Shown here piece by piece: positions 27,464 to 37,021 of a stretch of DNA of 64,000 bases. The notes under the pieces were generated by a model. The model was given only the letters and a program-made list of their open reading frames with translations, ran no database searches and was not told where the DNA came from. The DNA is from Methanoregula sp. (GTDB lineage Archaea > Halobacteriota > Methanomicrobia > Methanomicrobiales > Methanospirillaceae): NCBI GenBank assembly GCA_026625165.1, contig CP112999.1, positions 1,639,288 to 1,703,287 of the forward strand. The letters are read 5' to 3'. Made by a program: the position numbers and the translations under genes. How positions within the stretch are numbered: position 1 is the first letter of the stretch; the number at the start of each line of letters is the position of its first letter.

Positions 27464-28654
27464 ATGATTGTCATCGAGATGCTGGTATCTTCGCTCGCGG
27501 TTCTTGCCACTTTAGGTTATGCTTCGTATCTCGATATCAGGGATCGACGCGTGCCTTTCGTGTATTGGATGCCGATGCTGTGCGTAGGTATCCCCTGCAC
27601 GGGATACCTGCTCTGGGAAAAGACTGGTAACGGGAGCCTTGTCGCAGGGTACCTCTCGCTCATCGCGACGTTCCTGTATGCCGATTACCTTGACAACCGG
27701 GGAAGGACGGACTCGATTGGTCTGGTATGGTATTACCGGAAATCCGCGGTCTTTATATATCTCACGATCGTCCTCGTCCTGCCGGTCCTCGCGTGGTTTG
27801 TCCTCGCCGGCAATGCAAATGTCCAGATTCTCCCATGGTACGCAATGTTTGCCGGGATCATCTCCTATGTCACATACCTGGTTTACCAACAGGGCCGGGG
27901 TGGGGAGGGGAATCCGAAACGGAAGCGGGCTGCACCGAAGCCTGAGACTGGCACTGCTGAAGCGATCCGCCGCTGGTATTTCGTTCTGCTTATCATGATC
28001 TTTATGATAACCTCCGGTCTTTTATTCTACGGCGCCTGGGGGATGCCGGCGCTTTCTATCCTCTTCCTCTCAGTCTTCTGCGGGGTATTCTATATTTTCG
28101 GAAGGTTGCACTTCTTTGGGGGGGCTGATGCGTGGGCCCTCATATTCATCTCGTTCTGTATCCCGGTGTTTCCGGTAACCCCGCTCCTCGGAGTCCCGCC
28201 GCTTGGTTTCCTCGCGTTCTCCGTCCTGATCAATGCCCTCATCCTCAACCTTGTCGCCCCGATCGGGATCTTCCTGATCAATATCATCCATGGAAATCGG
28301 GCCCCGCTGATGTACCTGTTCTTCGGATTTCCGGTTAAGGGTGACGAGATCCAGAAATCGTGGGGCTTCGTGATGGAGGATTTCAAGGATAGAAATGGCG
28401 AGGTGGAACGGAAATTCATCGGGTTCTTCGATGCGATACGCAGGATGTATACCGGGGAGGGGAGGGTCTATACCAAGGATCTTCGCGAACACCCCGAAGA
28501 GTACGCTGCACAGCTGGCGATGTACCGTAAAGCGGGTCTGGTCTGGATTTCGTATGCAGTGCCGTTCATCATCCCGATCACTGCGGGTCTGGTCAGTGCG
28601 ATTGTATTCGGCGATTTCCTCTTTACGATTATGAGAATTGTAAGTGGTGCGTAA
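27464..28654 (+). CDS. A24-family prepilin/preflagellin peptidase (FlaK/PibD/EppA-like), enlarged
   Basis: Polytopic membrane protein. The first catalytic Asp context is [11 protein letters not shown] and the second is [10 protein letters not shown] (GxGD-type). At 396 aa it has a charged loop and a ~100-aa soluble insertion. Confidence 0.75.
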   Translation: MIVIEMLVSSLAVLATLGYASYLDIRDRRVPFVYWMPMLCVGIPCTGYLLWEKTGNGSLVAGYLSLIATFLYADYLDNRGRTDSIGLVWYYRKSAVFIYLTIVLVLPVLAWFVLAGNANVQILPWYAMFAGIISYVTYLVYQQGRGGEGNPKRKRAAPKPETGTAEAIRRWYFVLLIMIFMITSGLLFYGAWGMPALSILFLSVFCGVFYIFGRLHFFGGADAWALIFISFCIPVFPVTPLLGVPPLGFLAFSVLINALILNLVAPIGIFLINIIHGNRAPLMYLFFGFPVKGDEIQKSWGFVMEDFKDRNGEVERKFIGFFDAIRRMYTGEGRVYTKDLREHPEEYAAQLAMYRKAGLVWISYAVPFIIPITAGLVSAIVFGDFLFTIMRIVSGA

Positions 28655-28655
28655 A

Positions 28656-29030
28656 ATGATTCCCTTGAAATTTGCTGATGGGTTGATTCCTGTTGTGGTC
28701 AAGGATACAAGGACTTGCGAGGTACTGATGGTTGCATATGCGGATGAACGGGCTGTCGATCTTACCCGGTCAACCGGGTTTGCCCATTACTACAGCAGGA
28801 GCAGGAATAAGATCTGGAAGAAGGGAGAGGAGAGCGGGCATGTCCAGAAGGTTGTGCGGATCCTCGTTGACTGTGACGGAGACTGCCTGATCTACGAAGT
28901 GAAACAGACCGGTGCCGCATGCCATACCGGCTATCCAAGCTGTTTTTACCGCACCCTTGAAGGTGAAGTTATTTCTGAACCAGTATTTGATCCCGATAAG
29001 GTATACGTCAAAAAACCTGGGAAAAACTGA
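28656..29030 (+). CDS. hisI: Phosphoribosyl-AMP cyclohydrolase
   Basis: The pattern [20 protein letters not shown]...[19 protein letters not shown]...I..DCDGD is typical HisI. The ATG lies 1 nt after the peptidase stop. Confidence 0.85.
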   Translation: MIPLKFADGLIPVVVKDTRTCEVLMVAYADERAVDLTRSTGFAHYYSRSRNKIWKKGEESGHVQKVVRILVDCDGDCLIYEVKQTGAACHTGYPSCFYRTLEGEVISEPVFDPDKVYVKKPGKN

Positions 29031-29179
29031 TTTTCCACTCGATTATCGGCCGATGCAATTCAGTCGCCTTTTTTTTTCAACAATTTTTCCCGTGTATTAC
29101 TGGCCGGCTGCAATTTTAAATGATACAATTATATAGTTATTTTTTCCAGATATCTCAACATAAATTGAGGAGAGATGGC

Positions 29180-29458
29180 ATGGTTTTTGTCCCTGATCTG
29201 GTATCCATGATCAATACGATTCTCTGCGTGATCATAGTTATCCTCGGTATTCTTGTCTACACACGTAATGGTGAGATGAGTGCCCTGCTCATTGGTATTG
29301 CATTCGGACTTTTTGGTATCTCCCATATCTATACCATCCTTGGCTTTGGAATCAGTTGGGAAGGCGCCCTGATCACAGCCCGCACATGCGGTTATATCCT
29401 TGTTATTGCGGCGCTATACCTGTTCCTGACCAGTGGGAATAAAAAAGACTATGGCTGA
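29180..29458 (+). CDS. Hypothetical small membrane protein (3 predicted transmembrane helices)
   Basis: 92 aa from the ATG at 29180, with a gaggag Shine-Dalgarno-like sequence 8 nt upstream. It is hydrophobic throughout, with no family recognition. Confidence 0.4.
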   Translation: MVFVPDLVSMINTILCVIIVILGILVYTRNGEMSALLIGIAFGLFGISHIYTILGFGISWEGALITARTCGYILVIAALYLFLTSGNKKDYG

Positions 29459-29632
29459 ATCATCTCATGATATCCTGCAGGTGAAAATAATATCCGAACC
29501 AGAATCATATACCCGTTATAGATCGATTATAAATCAATTTATTCAGGATTAAAAGATTTTTATTAAGATTACATTTTTATGAAATCATTAAGACATGAAA
29601 CTGAAATGGATTGTATCCGTGCCCGGTCCTGA

Positions 29633-30061
29633 TCATTTTCGCATGTATGCTTTTACATCACGGTATGCCGGCTTGCTGGGCATAATTGGGTAATGGGTAG
29701 ATTCAAGTTTGAAGAACCGGTTCTGTTCCATATATTTTTCGTGGATCCGCTGTTCGATCGCTTGTAAAAAGACCTGATAATACCGTTCATCACCGTCAAT
29801 TTCATCAAGACCGATCCGGTCCATGAGTGGACCCAGCAGGTTCTCCATAGCCTCTTTTGAGAAGATCTGCCCTAATCCGTTCCTGTCATATTCCCGGGCA
29901 ATAAGGATCAGATCGTCGAATACCAAGGCTGCCTGCTCGCGGATTGCATTATCAAACTGAATCCTCTGGCTTTCAGAATAGTGTCTTTCCCGTTCTTTTG
30001 GGGACATGCCAAGGTATTCCCGCCGCTGTTCTGTCAGGAAGCCAGACCTTTTTACTGCCAT
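29633..30061 (-). CDS. Hypothetical protein
   Basis: 142-aa helical, charged ORF in an AT-rich islet. There is no family recognition. Confidence 0.4.
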   Translation of the reverse strand: MAVKRSGFLTEQRREYLGMSPKERERHYSESQRIQFDNAIREQAALVFDDLILIAREYDRNGLGQIFSKEAMENLLGPLMDRIGLDEIDGDERYYQVFLQAIEQRIHEKYMEQNRFFKLESTHYPIMPSKPAYRDVKAYMRK

Positions 30062-30231
30062 ATTTGTATCCGGTGAGATATCAGATTATGGTTTATATTA
30101 AATATTGCATCTTTTGCCACGGGATCATGAACAAATTGGAGGGAACGGTCCCTACAGATCCGAAAAACGGTATGGATTGCTCAAATCATTTCCCGTATTT
30201 ATATAAATGTTTGTGCACATACCAATACCAC

Positions 30232-30252
30232 ATCAACGATTTTGTATCGTTG
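30232..30252 (+). promoter_or_regulatory. Perfect 8-bp inverted repeat (TCAACGAT-5 nt-ATCGTTGA) in the leader of the PIN-ATPase gene
   Basis: The repeat lies ~25-45 nt downstream of a TATA-like atttatataaat (30196-30207) and ~60 nt upstream of the ATG at 30314. Confidence 0.25.
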
Positions 30253-30313
30253 AACCCGAGGAATAGAATAGTGACCAATACACAAGGAATAGCAATAAAG
30301 GAGCGGACTTTTT

Positions 30314-32260
30314 ATGAGAATGGTACCGGATACAAGCGTCCTTATCGACGGGCGCATCACCTCGATGATAAAAACCGGGGATTATAATGGTTCAACAATA
30401 ATCATTCCTGAAGCTGTTGTCGCGGAACTCGAAGCGCAGGCAAATCAGGGACGGGAGATCGGATTTTCAGGATTGAACGAGCTCCAGTCGCTCTGCAGGC
30501 TGGCAGAGGAAAAAGTAATCGAGCTCAAATTCTCCGGAGAACGCCCTTCCTTGGAACAGGTGAAACTGGCAAGCGGCGGAGAGATCGATGCCATGATCCG
30601 CCAGATCGCGATCGAGAATGCAGCACAATTCATTACAAGCGACAGTGTGCAGGCGGAAGTAGCACGGGCAAAAGGGCTGAACGTCACGTACCTCAAACCG
30701 CAGATTACGGATTTTGTCCCGCTGGGCATCGACCAGTTCTTTGACGAACACACGATCGCCATATACCTCAAAGAACGCGTCTGTCCTGTCGCAAAGAAGG
30801 GGACGATCAGCGCGATGAAACTCGTCCAGATACGAGATCAGCCGACCACTGAATACGAACTCCGGGCACTGGCGCAGGAGATCCTTGAGCGGGCAAAGCG
30901 GAACCCCGATGGTTTCATTGAGGTGGAAAAGCGCGGAATCACCGTCGTTCAGATCGGGTCAATGCGGATCGCGATCGCCCGCCGCCCCTTTTCTGACGGC
31001 ATGGAGATCACCGCAGTACGCCCTATCGTGGATGTAACCCTCAACGATTACTCAAAGGCAGATGTGATCAAAAAACGACTTTCCGGCGAGAAACGCGGGA
31101 TGATCATTGCAGGTGCACCAGGGTCGGGAAAGACGACACTTGCGCAGAGTGTTGCGACTTACCTGTGCGACAGCGGGTTTGTGGTTAAGACAATGGAAGC
31201 CCCCAGGGAACTTCAGGTGCCTGACCAGATTACGCAGTACACCATGCTTGACGGGAGCATGCAGAACACCGCCGATGTACTCATGCTCATCCGCCCCGAT
31301 TTTGTTATCTTTGACGAGCTGCGCAAAAACGAGGACTTCAGGACGTTTGCTGACATGCGTCTTGCTGGTATGGGGATGGTCGGCGTTGTCCATGCCACAG
31401 ATGTCAGGGATGCCCTCCAGAGGTTCTCGGATCGCGTTGACTATGGTGTCCTCTCGCAGATTATCAATACCATCATCTTTGTCAAAGAGGGTGTTATCAC
31501 CAAGATCTATGATGTCGGGTTTACCGTCAAGGTGCCGGAGGGGATGACAAACGAGATGTATATCCGCCCCGTCACGACCGTAACTGAGTACGAGTCCAAG
31601 GAGCTTGCCTATGACGTATTCCGGTACGATGGCGAGACCATCATCATACCGGTAACCCATGCGGCTGAACTGAAAGATGCGCCCGCAAAAGCGTTACTGC
31701 GGACAAGCCCCCCCGCGCCGTTGGACCCGGTTGTCCCACAGGTCCGGACCCCTGCAACGGAACCAGTACCACGGGAGGAGAGCGAGAAACGAACTGGATG
31801 GAAGCTCTCTGAAAAGGAGATACAGCGTGAGATCGGGAGATACACTGACGGTGAAGTAGATGTGCAGATGATCAGTGACACCAAAGCGGTCGTGTATATC
31901 GATGACAAGGATGTGCCAGCCGCAATCGGGAAGGGCGGCAAGAACATATCTGCCATTGTCAACAAGATTGGTATAGGAATCGATATCAAACCGAGGAATG
32001 AACTGGAAAAGCAGAAAAAAGAGGAGGAGGAGTTCAACCTTGGCGGCGGTGTCAGGATCCATATCGATAAAAAACAGTTAACGATTGTCGCCCCTGAGCA
32101 TAATGGCAAGATCGTAGATGTCTTTGCGGGTAAGGAATACCTCTTCACTGCTACGGTGAATGAAAACGGTGAGATCCACCTTGCCAAGAACTCAAGTATA
32201 GCCCAGGAGATGATCCGGCGTCATTCTTCAGGAGAAGTCATCAAACTTCGGCCGGTATGA
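30314..32260 (+). CDS. PIN domain / PilT-like ATPase / KH domain protein (COG1855-type)
   Basis: 648 aa with an N-terminal PIN domain (MVPDTSVLIDGRI), Walker A (AGAPGSGKTTLAQ) and a C-terminal KH domain (IGKGGKNISAIVNKIG). Confidence 0.8.
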   Translation: MRMVPDTSVLIDGRITSMIKTGDYNGSTIIIPEAVVAELEAQANQGREIGFSGLNELQSLCRLAEEKVIELKFSGERPSLEQVKLASGGEIDAMIRQIAIENAAQFITSDSVQAEVARAKGLNVTYLKPQITDFVPLGIDQFFDEHTIAIYLKERVCPVAKKGTISAMKLVQIRDQPTTEYELRALAQEILERAKRNPDGFIEVEKRGITVVQIGSMRIAIARRPFSDGMEITAVRPIVDVTLNDYSKADVIKKRLSGEKRGMIIAGAPGSGKTTLAQSVATYLCDSGFVVKTMEAPRELQVPDQITQYTMLDGSMQNTADVLMLIRPDFVIFDELRKNEDFRTFADMRLAGMGMVGVVHATDVRDALQRFSDRVDYGVLSQIINTIIFVKEGVITKIYDVGFTVKVPEGMTNEMYIRPVTTVTEYESKELAYDVFRYDGETIIIPVTHAAELKDAPAKALLRTSPPAPLDPVVPQVRTPATEPVPREESEKRTGWKLSEKEIQREIGRYTDGEVDVQMISDTKAVVYIDDKDVPAAIGKGGKNISAIVNKIGIGIDIKPRNELEKQKKEEEEFNLGGGVRIHIDKKQLTIVAPEHNGKIVDVFAGKEYLFTATVNENGEIHLAKNSSIAQEMIRRHSSGEVIKLRPV

Positions 32261-32303
32261 TCGGTGAACATTGACTGGTCTTAATAAAGAAGGTGACACA
32301 AAA

Positions 32304-35084
32304 TTGAACGGATTGGATCTTGGCGGGTTTGAAAAGAAAGCACAGGAGCGATGGACCCATGCATTTGAACCGGACCCTTCCGACAAGGAGAAATATTACC
32401 TGACGGTTGCGTACCCTTACCCGAGCGGCGCCATGCATGTCGGGCATGGGAGAACGTATATTGTTCCCGATGTGATCGCACGGTTCTGGCGGATGCGGGG
32501 GCGACAGGTTCTCTACCCGATGGCGTTCCATGTCACCGGGGCACCGGTAATCGGGATCTCAAAACGGATCGCGAGAAATGATGAAAAGACCATCAGGCTT
32601 TACCGTGATCTCTACAAGGTCCCGCCGGACGTCCTCGCAAAATTCAATGAACCCCTGACAATTGTCAAACACTTTTCTGATGAATACCAGCGCGTTATGA
32701 CTGCCTGTGGCCTTTCCATTGACTGGCGGCGCCGGTTTACCACGGTCGACCCGACCTATTCGAAGTTTATCGAATGGCAGTGGAAACATCTCTACGGGGC
32801 AGGACATGTGACCAAAGGGGCACATCCTGTACGATACTGTACGTATGATGACAACCCGGTCGGCGACCATGACCTTCTGGAAGGCGACAACGCAGAAGTG
32901 ATCAAATTTACGCTGGTTATGTTCCGGTTCGGCGATGCGATGATTCCGACCGCAACCCTGCGCCCTGAGACAATTCATGGCGTCACCAACCTCTGGGTGA
33001 ATCCGGCAGTGACCTATGTGCGGGCACGTGTCGATAACAAAACCTGGGTGATCTCTCATGAAGCTGCAGAAAAGCTAAATTTGCAGGATCATGCAGTCAT
33101 TGTTGAGAAAGAGATCTCCGGTAAAGACCTGATCGATAAAAGTGTCTCCCACCCGCTCTGTGGGGAAGTCCCAATCCTTCCGGCAGACTTTGTCGACCCG
33201 GATATGGCATCAGGCATGGTAATGAGCGTACCGGCTCACGCACCGTTCGATTACATTGCATTGCGCGACCTCCAAAGACAGGGCAGATATACGGGTATCA
33301 TGCCTGTGCCGCTGATAAAAGTCGAAGGATACGGTGAAATTCCGGCGCAGGACGCAATCGAAAAGGCAGGCATCGCCAATCAGCTCGATACCCGTATGGA
33401 TGCGATAACGCATGAGGTCTACTCTGCGGAGTTTGCTAAAGGCAAGCTCTTCGAAAAGTATGGCGGAAAACCAGTCCGGGTGGCACGCGATGAGGTTGCT
33501 GCGCTCATGACTGAGAAGTACGGGTCGGTGGTCATGTACGAGTTTGACAACAGACCCGTGGTCTGCCGGTGCGGAAACCGGGTTAAGGTGAAGATCCTGC
33601 ATGACCAGTGGTTCCTGAAATACAGTGACCCGGCATGGAAGAAGCAGGTATCCGGCCATCTCGAGGATATGGCGCTTGTCCCTCCCGAGGTCCGTGTTGA
33701 GTTTGACCGGACTGTGGACTGGCTCAAGGACTGGGCGTGTACCCGCCGGGTCGGACTTGGTACACGTTTCCCGTGGGACACCACCCAGCTCATCGAACCG
33801 TTATCCGATTCGACCATCTATATGGCGTATTACACCATCGCCCACCGGATCAGGACTATGGACCCCCAAGTCCTTACACCAGACGTCTTTGACTATATAT
33901 TCCTTGGAAAAGAGTCTCCCCACCTGCCGGAGCGAGAAAAACTGGATGCCATGCGAAAGGAGTTCCTGTACTGGTACCCGTACAATTTCCGGTTCTCTGC
34001 AAAGGACCTCATCTCCAACCACCTCACCTTTCAGCTATTTCATCATGTGACTATCTTCCCAAAAGACAAGTTGCCCAAAGGAATGGTTGTCTTTGGGATG
34101 GGCTTGTTGAACGGCGCGAAAATGTCCTCGTCCAAGGGCAATGTCTTTTTGCTTGAGGATGCGGTCAGGGAATTCGGTGCCGATACAGTGCGGATGTTCC
34201 TGATGGGGAGCGCCGAGCCATGGCAGGACTTTGACTGGAGAAACGAACTGGTCATTTCCACAAAAAAGCAGATCGAACGGTTCTATAATGCCGTTCACGA
34301 GATGAAGGATGAGAGAGGGGAGCCAAAAGACATCGATCTCTGGCTTTCGAGCCGGCTGCAGGATCATATCGAAAAAACCACTGCAGCTCTCGATAATTTC
34401 CAGACCCGGCAGGCGCTGCAGGAATCATATTTCGGGATTGAAAACGACCTGAAGTGGTACCGCCGCCGGTTGCCGGAAGGCTGCGACGGCAGCAGGATGC
34501 TCCGATTGCTCTGCTCTGCATGGGTCCGCCTGCTCGCCCCGTTCATCCCCTTCACATGTGAGAAACTCTGGGATGATATCGGGGGCCAGGGCCTTGTATC
34601 GTTTGCAGAATGGCCGGTTGCAGATGAAAAACTCAAAAACCGCCGGATCGAACTTGCCGAGGAACTGCTCCTGCGAACAGTCGTGGATATTGAATCGATC
34701 GAAAAACTCATCCAGATCATCCCCCGGTCAATCACTATCGCATTGGCGCCTGCCTGGAAACATGATATCTTCAATACGATTGCCCGTGCACCTGACAAGA
34801 ACCTCGTTATACGCGAGGTCATGAAGGATGAGGCGATGCGGAGGCGGGGTAAAGAGGCGACCGATACGGCAAAGCAGTGCACCACCCTTATCCACCGCCT
34901 GCCACCGCAGATCGTGGAATTGATTGCAACCGACGGTGTCAATGAGCATTCGGTCTTTGAACAGGCACAGGCATTCCTTGAAAAAGAGTTCGGGGTGCCT
35001 GTCCACATCACGGATGCGGAGAGTGCCACTCACGTGAAAGCAGCAACATCCCTGCCATTCAAACCGGCGATTGTAATCGAGTAA
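32304..35084 (+). CDS. leuS: Leucine--tRNA ligase
   Basis: Class I motifs are present: HVGHG (HIGH) and KMSSSKGN (KMSKS). There is no in-frame ATG before the HIGH region. The TTG at 32304 is preceded by gaaggtga at a 7-nt spacing; TTG at 32271 and 32313 are alternatives. Confidence 0.9.
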   Translation: MNGLDLGGFEKKAQERWTHAFEPDPSDKEKYYLTVAYPYPSGAMHVGHGRTYIVPDVIARFWRMRGRQVLYPMAFHVTGAPVIGISKRIARNDEKTIRLYRDLYKVPPDVLAKFNEPLTIVKHFSDEYQRVMTACGLSIDWRRRFTTVDPTYSKFIEWQWKHLYGAGHVTKGAHPVRYCTYDDNPVGDHDLLEGDNAEVIKFTLVMFRFGDAMIPTATLRPETIHGVTNLWVNPAVTYVRARVDNKTWVISHEAAEKLNLQDHAVIVEKEISGKDLIDKSVSHPLCGEVPILPADFVDPDMASGMVMSVPAHAPFDYIALRDLQRQGRYTGIMPVPLIKVEGYGEIPAQDAIEKAGIANQLDTRMDAITHEVYSAEFAKGKLFEKYGGKPVRVARDEVAALMTEKYGSVVMYEFDNRPVVCRCGNRVKVKILHDQWFLKYSDPAWKKQVSGHLEDMALVPPEVRVEFDRTVDWLKDWACTRRVGLGTRFPWDTTQLIEPLSDSTIYMAYYTIAHRIRTMDPQVLTPDVFDYIFLGKESPHLPEREKLDAMRKEFLYWYPYNFRFSAKDLISNHLTFQLFHHVTIFPKDKLPKGMVVFGMGLLNGAKMSSSKGNVFLLEDAVREFGADTVRMFLMGSAEPWQDFDWRNELVISTKKQIERFYNAVHEMKDERGEPKDIDLWLSSRLQDHIEKTTAALDNFQTRQALQESYFGIENDLKWYRRRLPEGCDGSRMLRLLCSAWVRLLAPFIPFTCEKLWDDIGGQGLVSFAEWPVADEKLKNRRIELAEELLLRTVVDIESIEKLIQIIPRSITIALAPAWKHDIFNTIARAPDKNLVIREVMKDEAMRRRGKEATDTAKQCTTLIHRLPPQIVELIATDGVNEHSVFEQAQAFLEKEFGVPVHITDAESATHVKAATSLPFKPAIVIE

Positions 35085-35339
35085 ATTTTCCTTTTAAAAA
35101 AACCTGATCCTCACGCTGCCTGCGGAGGAAAAGCCGGATGGCAGTTACATCTTTTTACAACAGACCGGTTTAAAGATACCGTGAACCATCCATCCACACC
35201 GGTCAAAACCCCGGATTTCCCCTTAAATTATATCAACAACGAGGATGAATTCAGGGTATTTGAGAGCCCCCATTCCCACTTCTTTGAATTTAAGACCAGG
35301 TGCCGTGATTCCCTTCATTTGGGATTACACGGTTGGGAG

Positions 35340-35774
35340 CTAAACCAGCTGTTGATTTACCGGGACCCCGCATACCCCGCAGAATTTTTCCGTTCCGGAC
35401 AGGGGACTTCCACAGGAAGAGCAGACAGTTGGGATTACCGCTGCAGACACAGGCTGGGTGGCGACAGGATCAGGTACAGGAACGGAGGGTATGGTCACGA
35501 TTGGGGAGCCGCAGGAACCACAGAACTTCCTGTCAGGGTTCAGCGGTGCACCGCACATGGAACAACGTGGCGTCTGATCCTGAACCGGTGCAGAGGGCAT
35601 CGGTTGCGGAGGAGGCGGGGGGGTAAAGGGGGGTGGTGGCGGAGGGGGTTGCGAGACGATGGGAAATGGAGCCTGAGGTTCCGGTTGAGACGCATCAAGT
35701 TGGGGCGCTCCGCAGTTCCTGCAGAATTTCGCGTTTGGCTTGACACTCTTACCACATTCAGAGCAAAAAGGCAT
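35340..35774 (-). CDS. Triple zinc-ribbon protein with proline-rich linkers
   Basis: 144 aa containing three copies of C-x2-CG-x(8-10)-KFC-x2-CG, separated by PPPPP-rich spacers. Confidence 0.6.
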   Translation of the reverse strand: MPFCSECGKSVKPNAKFCRNCGAPQLDASQPEPQAPFPIVSQPPPPPPPFTPPPPPQPMPSAPVQDQTPRCSMCGAPLNPDRKFCGSCGSPIVTIPSVPVPDPVATQPVSAAVIPTVCSSCGSPLSGTEKFCGVCGVPVNQQLV

Positions 35775-35871
35775 GACAGATCACATACAAACTGGTTGTC
35801 TGCCGTCAATAAAGAGCATTTCGTCTGTCATGTATGCCCCGCCACCCTGCAGATTTTTTATACTCTCGGGG

Positions 35872-36189
35872 TCACTCCTCCCCGGGGCTTTTTGCCCGCT
35901 TCACCCGCTCTTTTGTCGAGAAGCCCGTCACGGCATCAAGGTACTTCCGGAACCGCTTGTTTGTATCGATAATCACATCATCGGTTACCGTCATATCCGA
36001 TTCAGTATCGATGATGACGGTCTTATTTCCGTCACCCGCCTTTACATCAAGCCTTTTTAAAGCGCCATACCTGATCCGGAACGTCCCGTCTGATTCGGTC
36101 GGTTCGACTCCGAAACAGTTCTTCATCTCTGTGGTCATCCGCACGATAAGATCTTTGTTTAGTCCCCGTTTCACCGGATATTCCTGCAT
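35872..36189 (-). CDS. Conserved hypothetical protein (DUF5611-like, from memory)
   Basis: 105-aa ORF with a plausible start and normal coding bias. The family assignment is uncertain. Confidence 0.4.
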   Translation of the reverse strand: MQEYPVKRGLNKDLIVRMTTEMKNCFGVEPTESDGTFRIRYGALKRLDVKAGDGNKTVIIDTESDMTVTDDVIIDTNKRFRKYLDAVTGFSTKERVKRAKSPGEE

Positions 36190-36203
36190 AATACTTTTTT
36201 AGC

Positions 36204-37016
36204 ATGTGCGTATATGTTAATCTAATGACCCCGGATTACAATGAAGATATCAAAAATATAATGAATAGACTTGGAGAAATCCATAAATCTGTTGAAGCGT
36301 TAAAAAGAGACGAGATTAAAATCTTATCAAAACCACTCCCTTCACCGGATACCTCTGTCCTTGTAGGATTCCCGGGGAGCGGTCTTGTCGGCAGCATCGC
36401 GCTCCAGTATCTGGTTGACCAGCTGGAGTTTGATCTTATCGGCACGATGACCTCAAAATTTTTCCCTCCCCTTGCGATGATGAATAAAGGGGTAATCAAT
36501 GACCCGGTCCGTATTTATGCAAAGGACAATATCGCTGCAATCGTTGCCGATATCCCGATCCACCCGATGATCTGCTATGAGGTTTCGAATGGGATTATGG
36601 ACTGGCTCGCACCGTTCAAACCCAAGGAGGTGGTGACGATCGCCGGCATCATCACAAACGAACCGGAAAAAAGGGTCTTTGGTGTAGCGACAACTCCCGA
36701 TGCCTTACAGCGGATCGCAGATCATACACTCATCCTGCCGATCGGAAGCATCTCTGGAATTGCATCGAGCCTCCTTACCGAATGCAAGATCCGTGGAATC
36801 CCTGCGTACGGCCTGCTGGGCGAGACGGTTAATGCACCGGATCCCCGTTCATCAGCAGTGACAATTGACGTGCTAAACAAGATGTATAACCTGAATCTCG
36901 ATACACGTCCGCTCCTTGAACAGGCAGTGGAGATCGAACAGAGCATGCACAAGCTCTCCGAAGAAGTGCAGTCCGCAGAGCAGGCGCCGAAAAAAGACCT
37001 GCCTATGTACGGGTGA
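36204..37016 (+). CDS. Proteasome assembly chaperone (PAC2) family protein
   Basis: VLVGFPGSGLVGSIALQYLVDQLEF...GVINDPVRIY is typical of archaeal PAC2/PbaB-like proteins. The start could be an internal ATG (36225 or 36261). Confidence 0.7.
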   Translation: MCVYVNLMTPDYNEDIKNIMNRLGEIHKSVEALKRDEIKILSKPLPSPDTSVLVGFPGSGLVGSIALQYLVDQLEFDLIGTMTSKFFPPLAMMNKGVINDPVRIYAKDNIAAIVADIPIHPMICYEVSNGIMDWLAPFKPKEVVTIAGIITNEPEKRVFGVATTPDALQRIADHTLILPIGSISGIASSLLTECKIRGIPAYGLLGETVNAPDPRSSAVTIDVLNKMYNLNLDTRPLLEQAVEIEQSMHKLSEEVQSAEQAPKKDLPMYG

Positions 37017-37021
37017 TTGCC

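Noticed and set aside
17361-29000. I searched for an MglA/Ras-like small GTPase and for pilin or archaellin genes in the pilus-like cluster.
   Set aside because: No ORF shows a GTPase G1/G4 combination (GxxxxGK[ST] plus NKxD). The only P-loops belong to the secretion ATPase and MinD. No small ORF has a short charged N-terminus followed by a G/A cleavage site and a hydrophobic helix. ORFs under 60 aa were checked only by eye in intergenic gaps.
31052-32187. Minus-strand ORFs of 202 and 192 aa inside the PIN/PilT/KH ATPase gene.
   Set aside because: They are shadow ORFs. The plus-strand protein has Walker A, PIN and KH motifs.
35085-35339. A 30-codon minus-strand mini-ORF (MKGITAPGLKFKEVGMGALKYPEFILVVDII) downstream of the zinc-ribbon gene.
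   Set aside because: It has no SD-like sequence and no recognisable family, and it lies in a convergent terminator region. The evidence is insufficient.
35181-35972. A 263-aa plus-strand ORF spanning the zinc-ribbon and DUF5611-like genes.
   Set aside because: It is rich in Gly, Arg and Trp and low in complexity (GGGKGGWWRRG). This is the mirror image of the Pro-rich zinc-ribbon gene, which has clear repeated CxxC modules.
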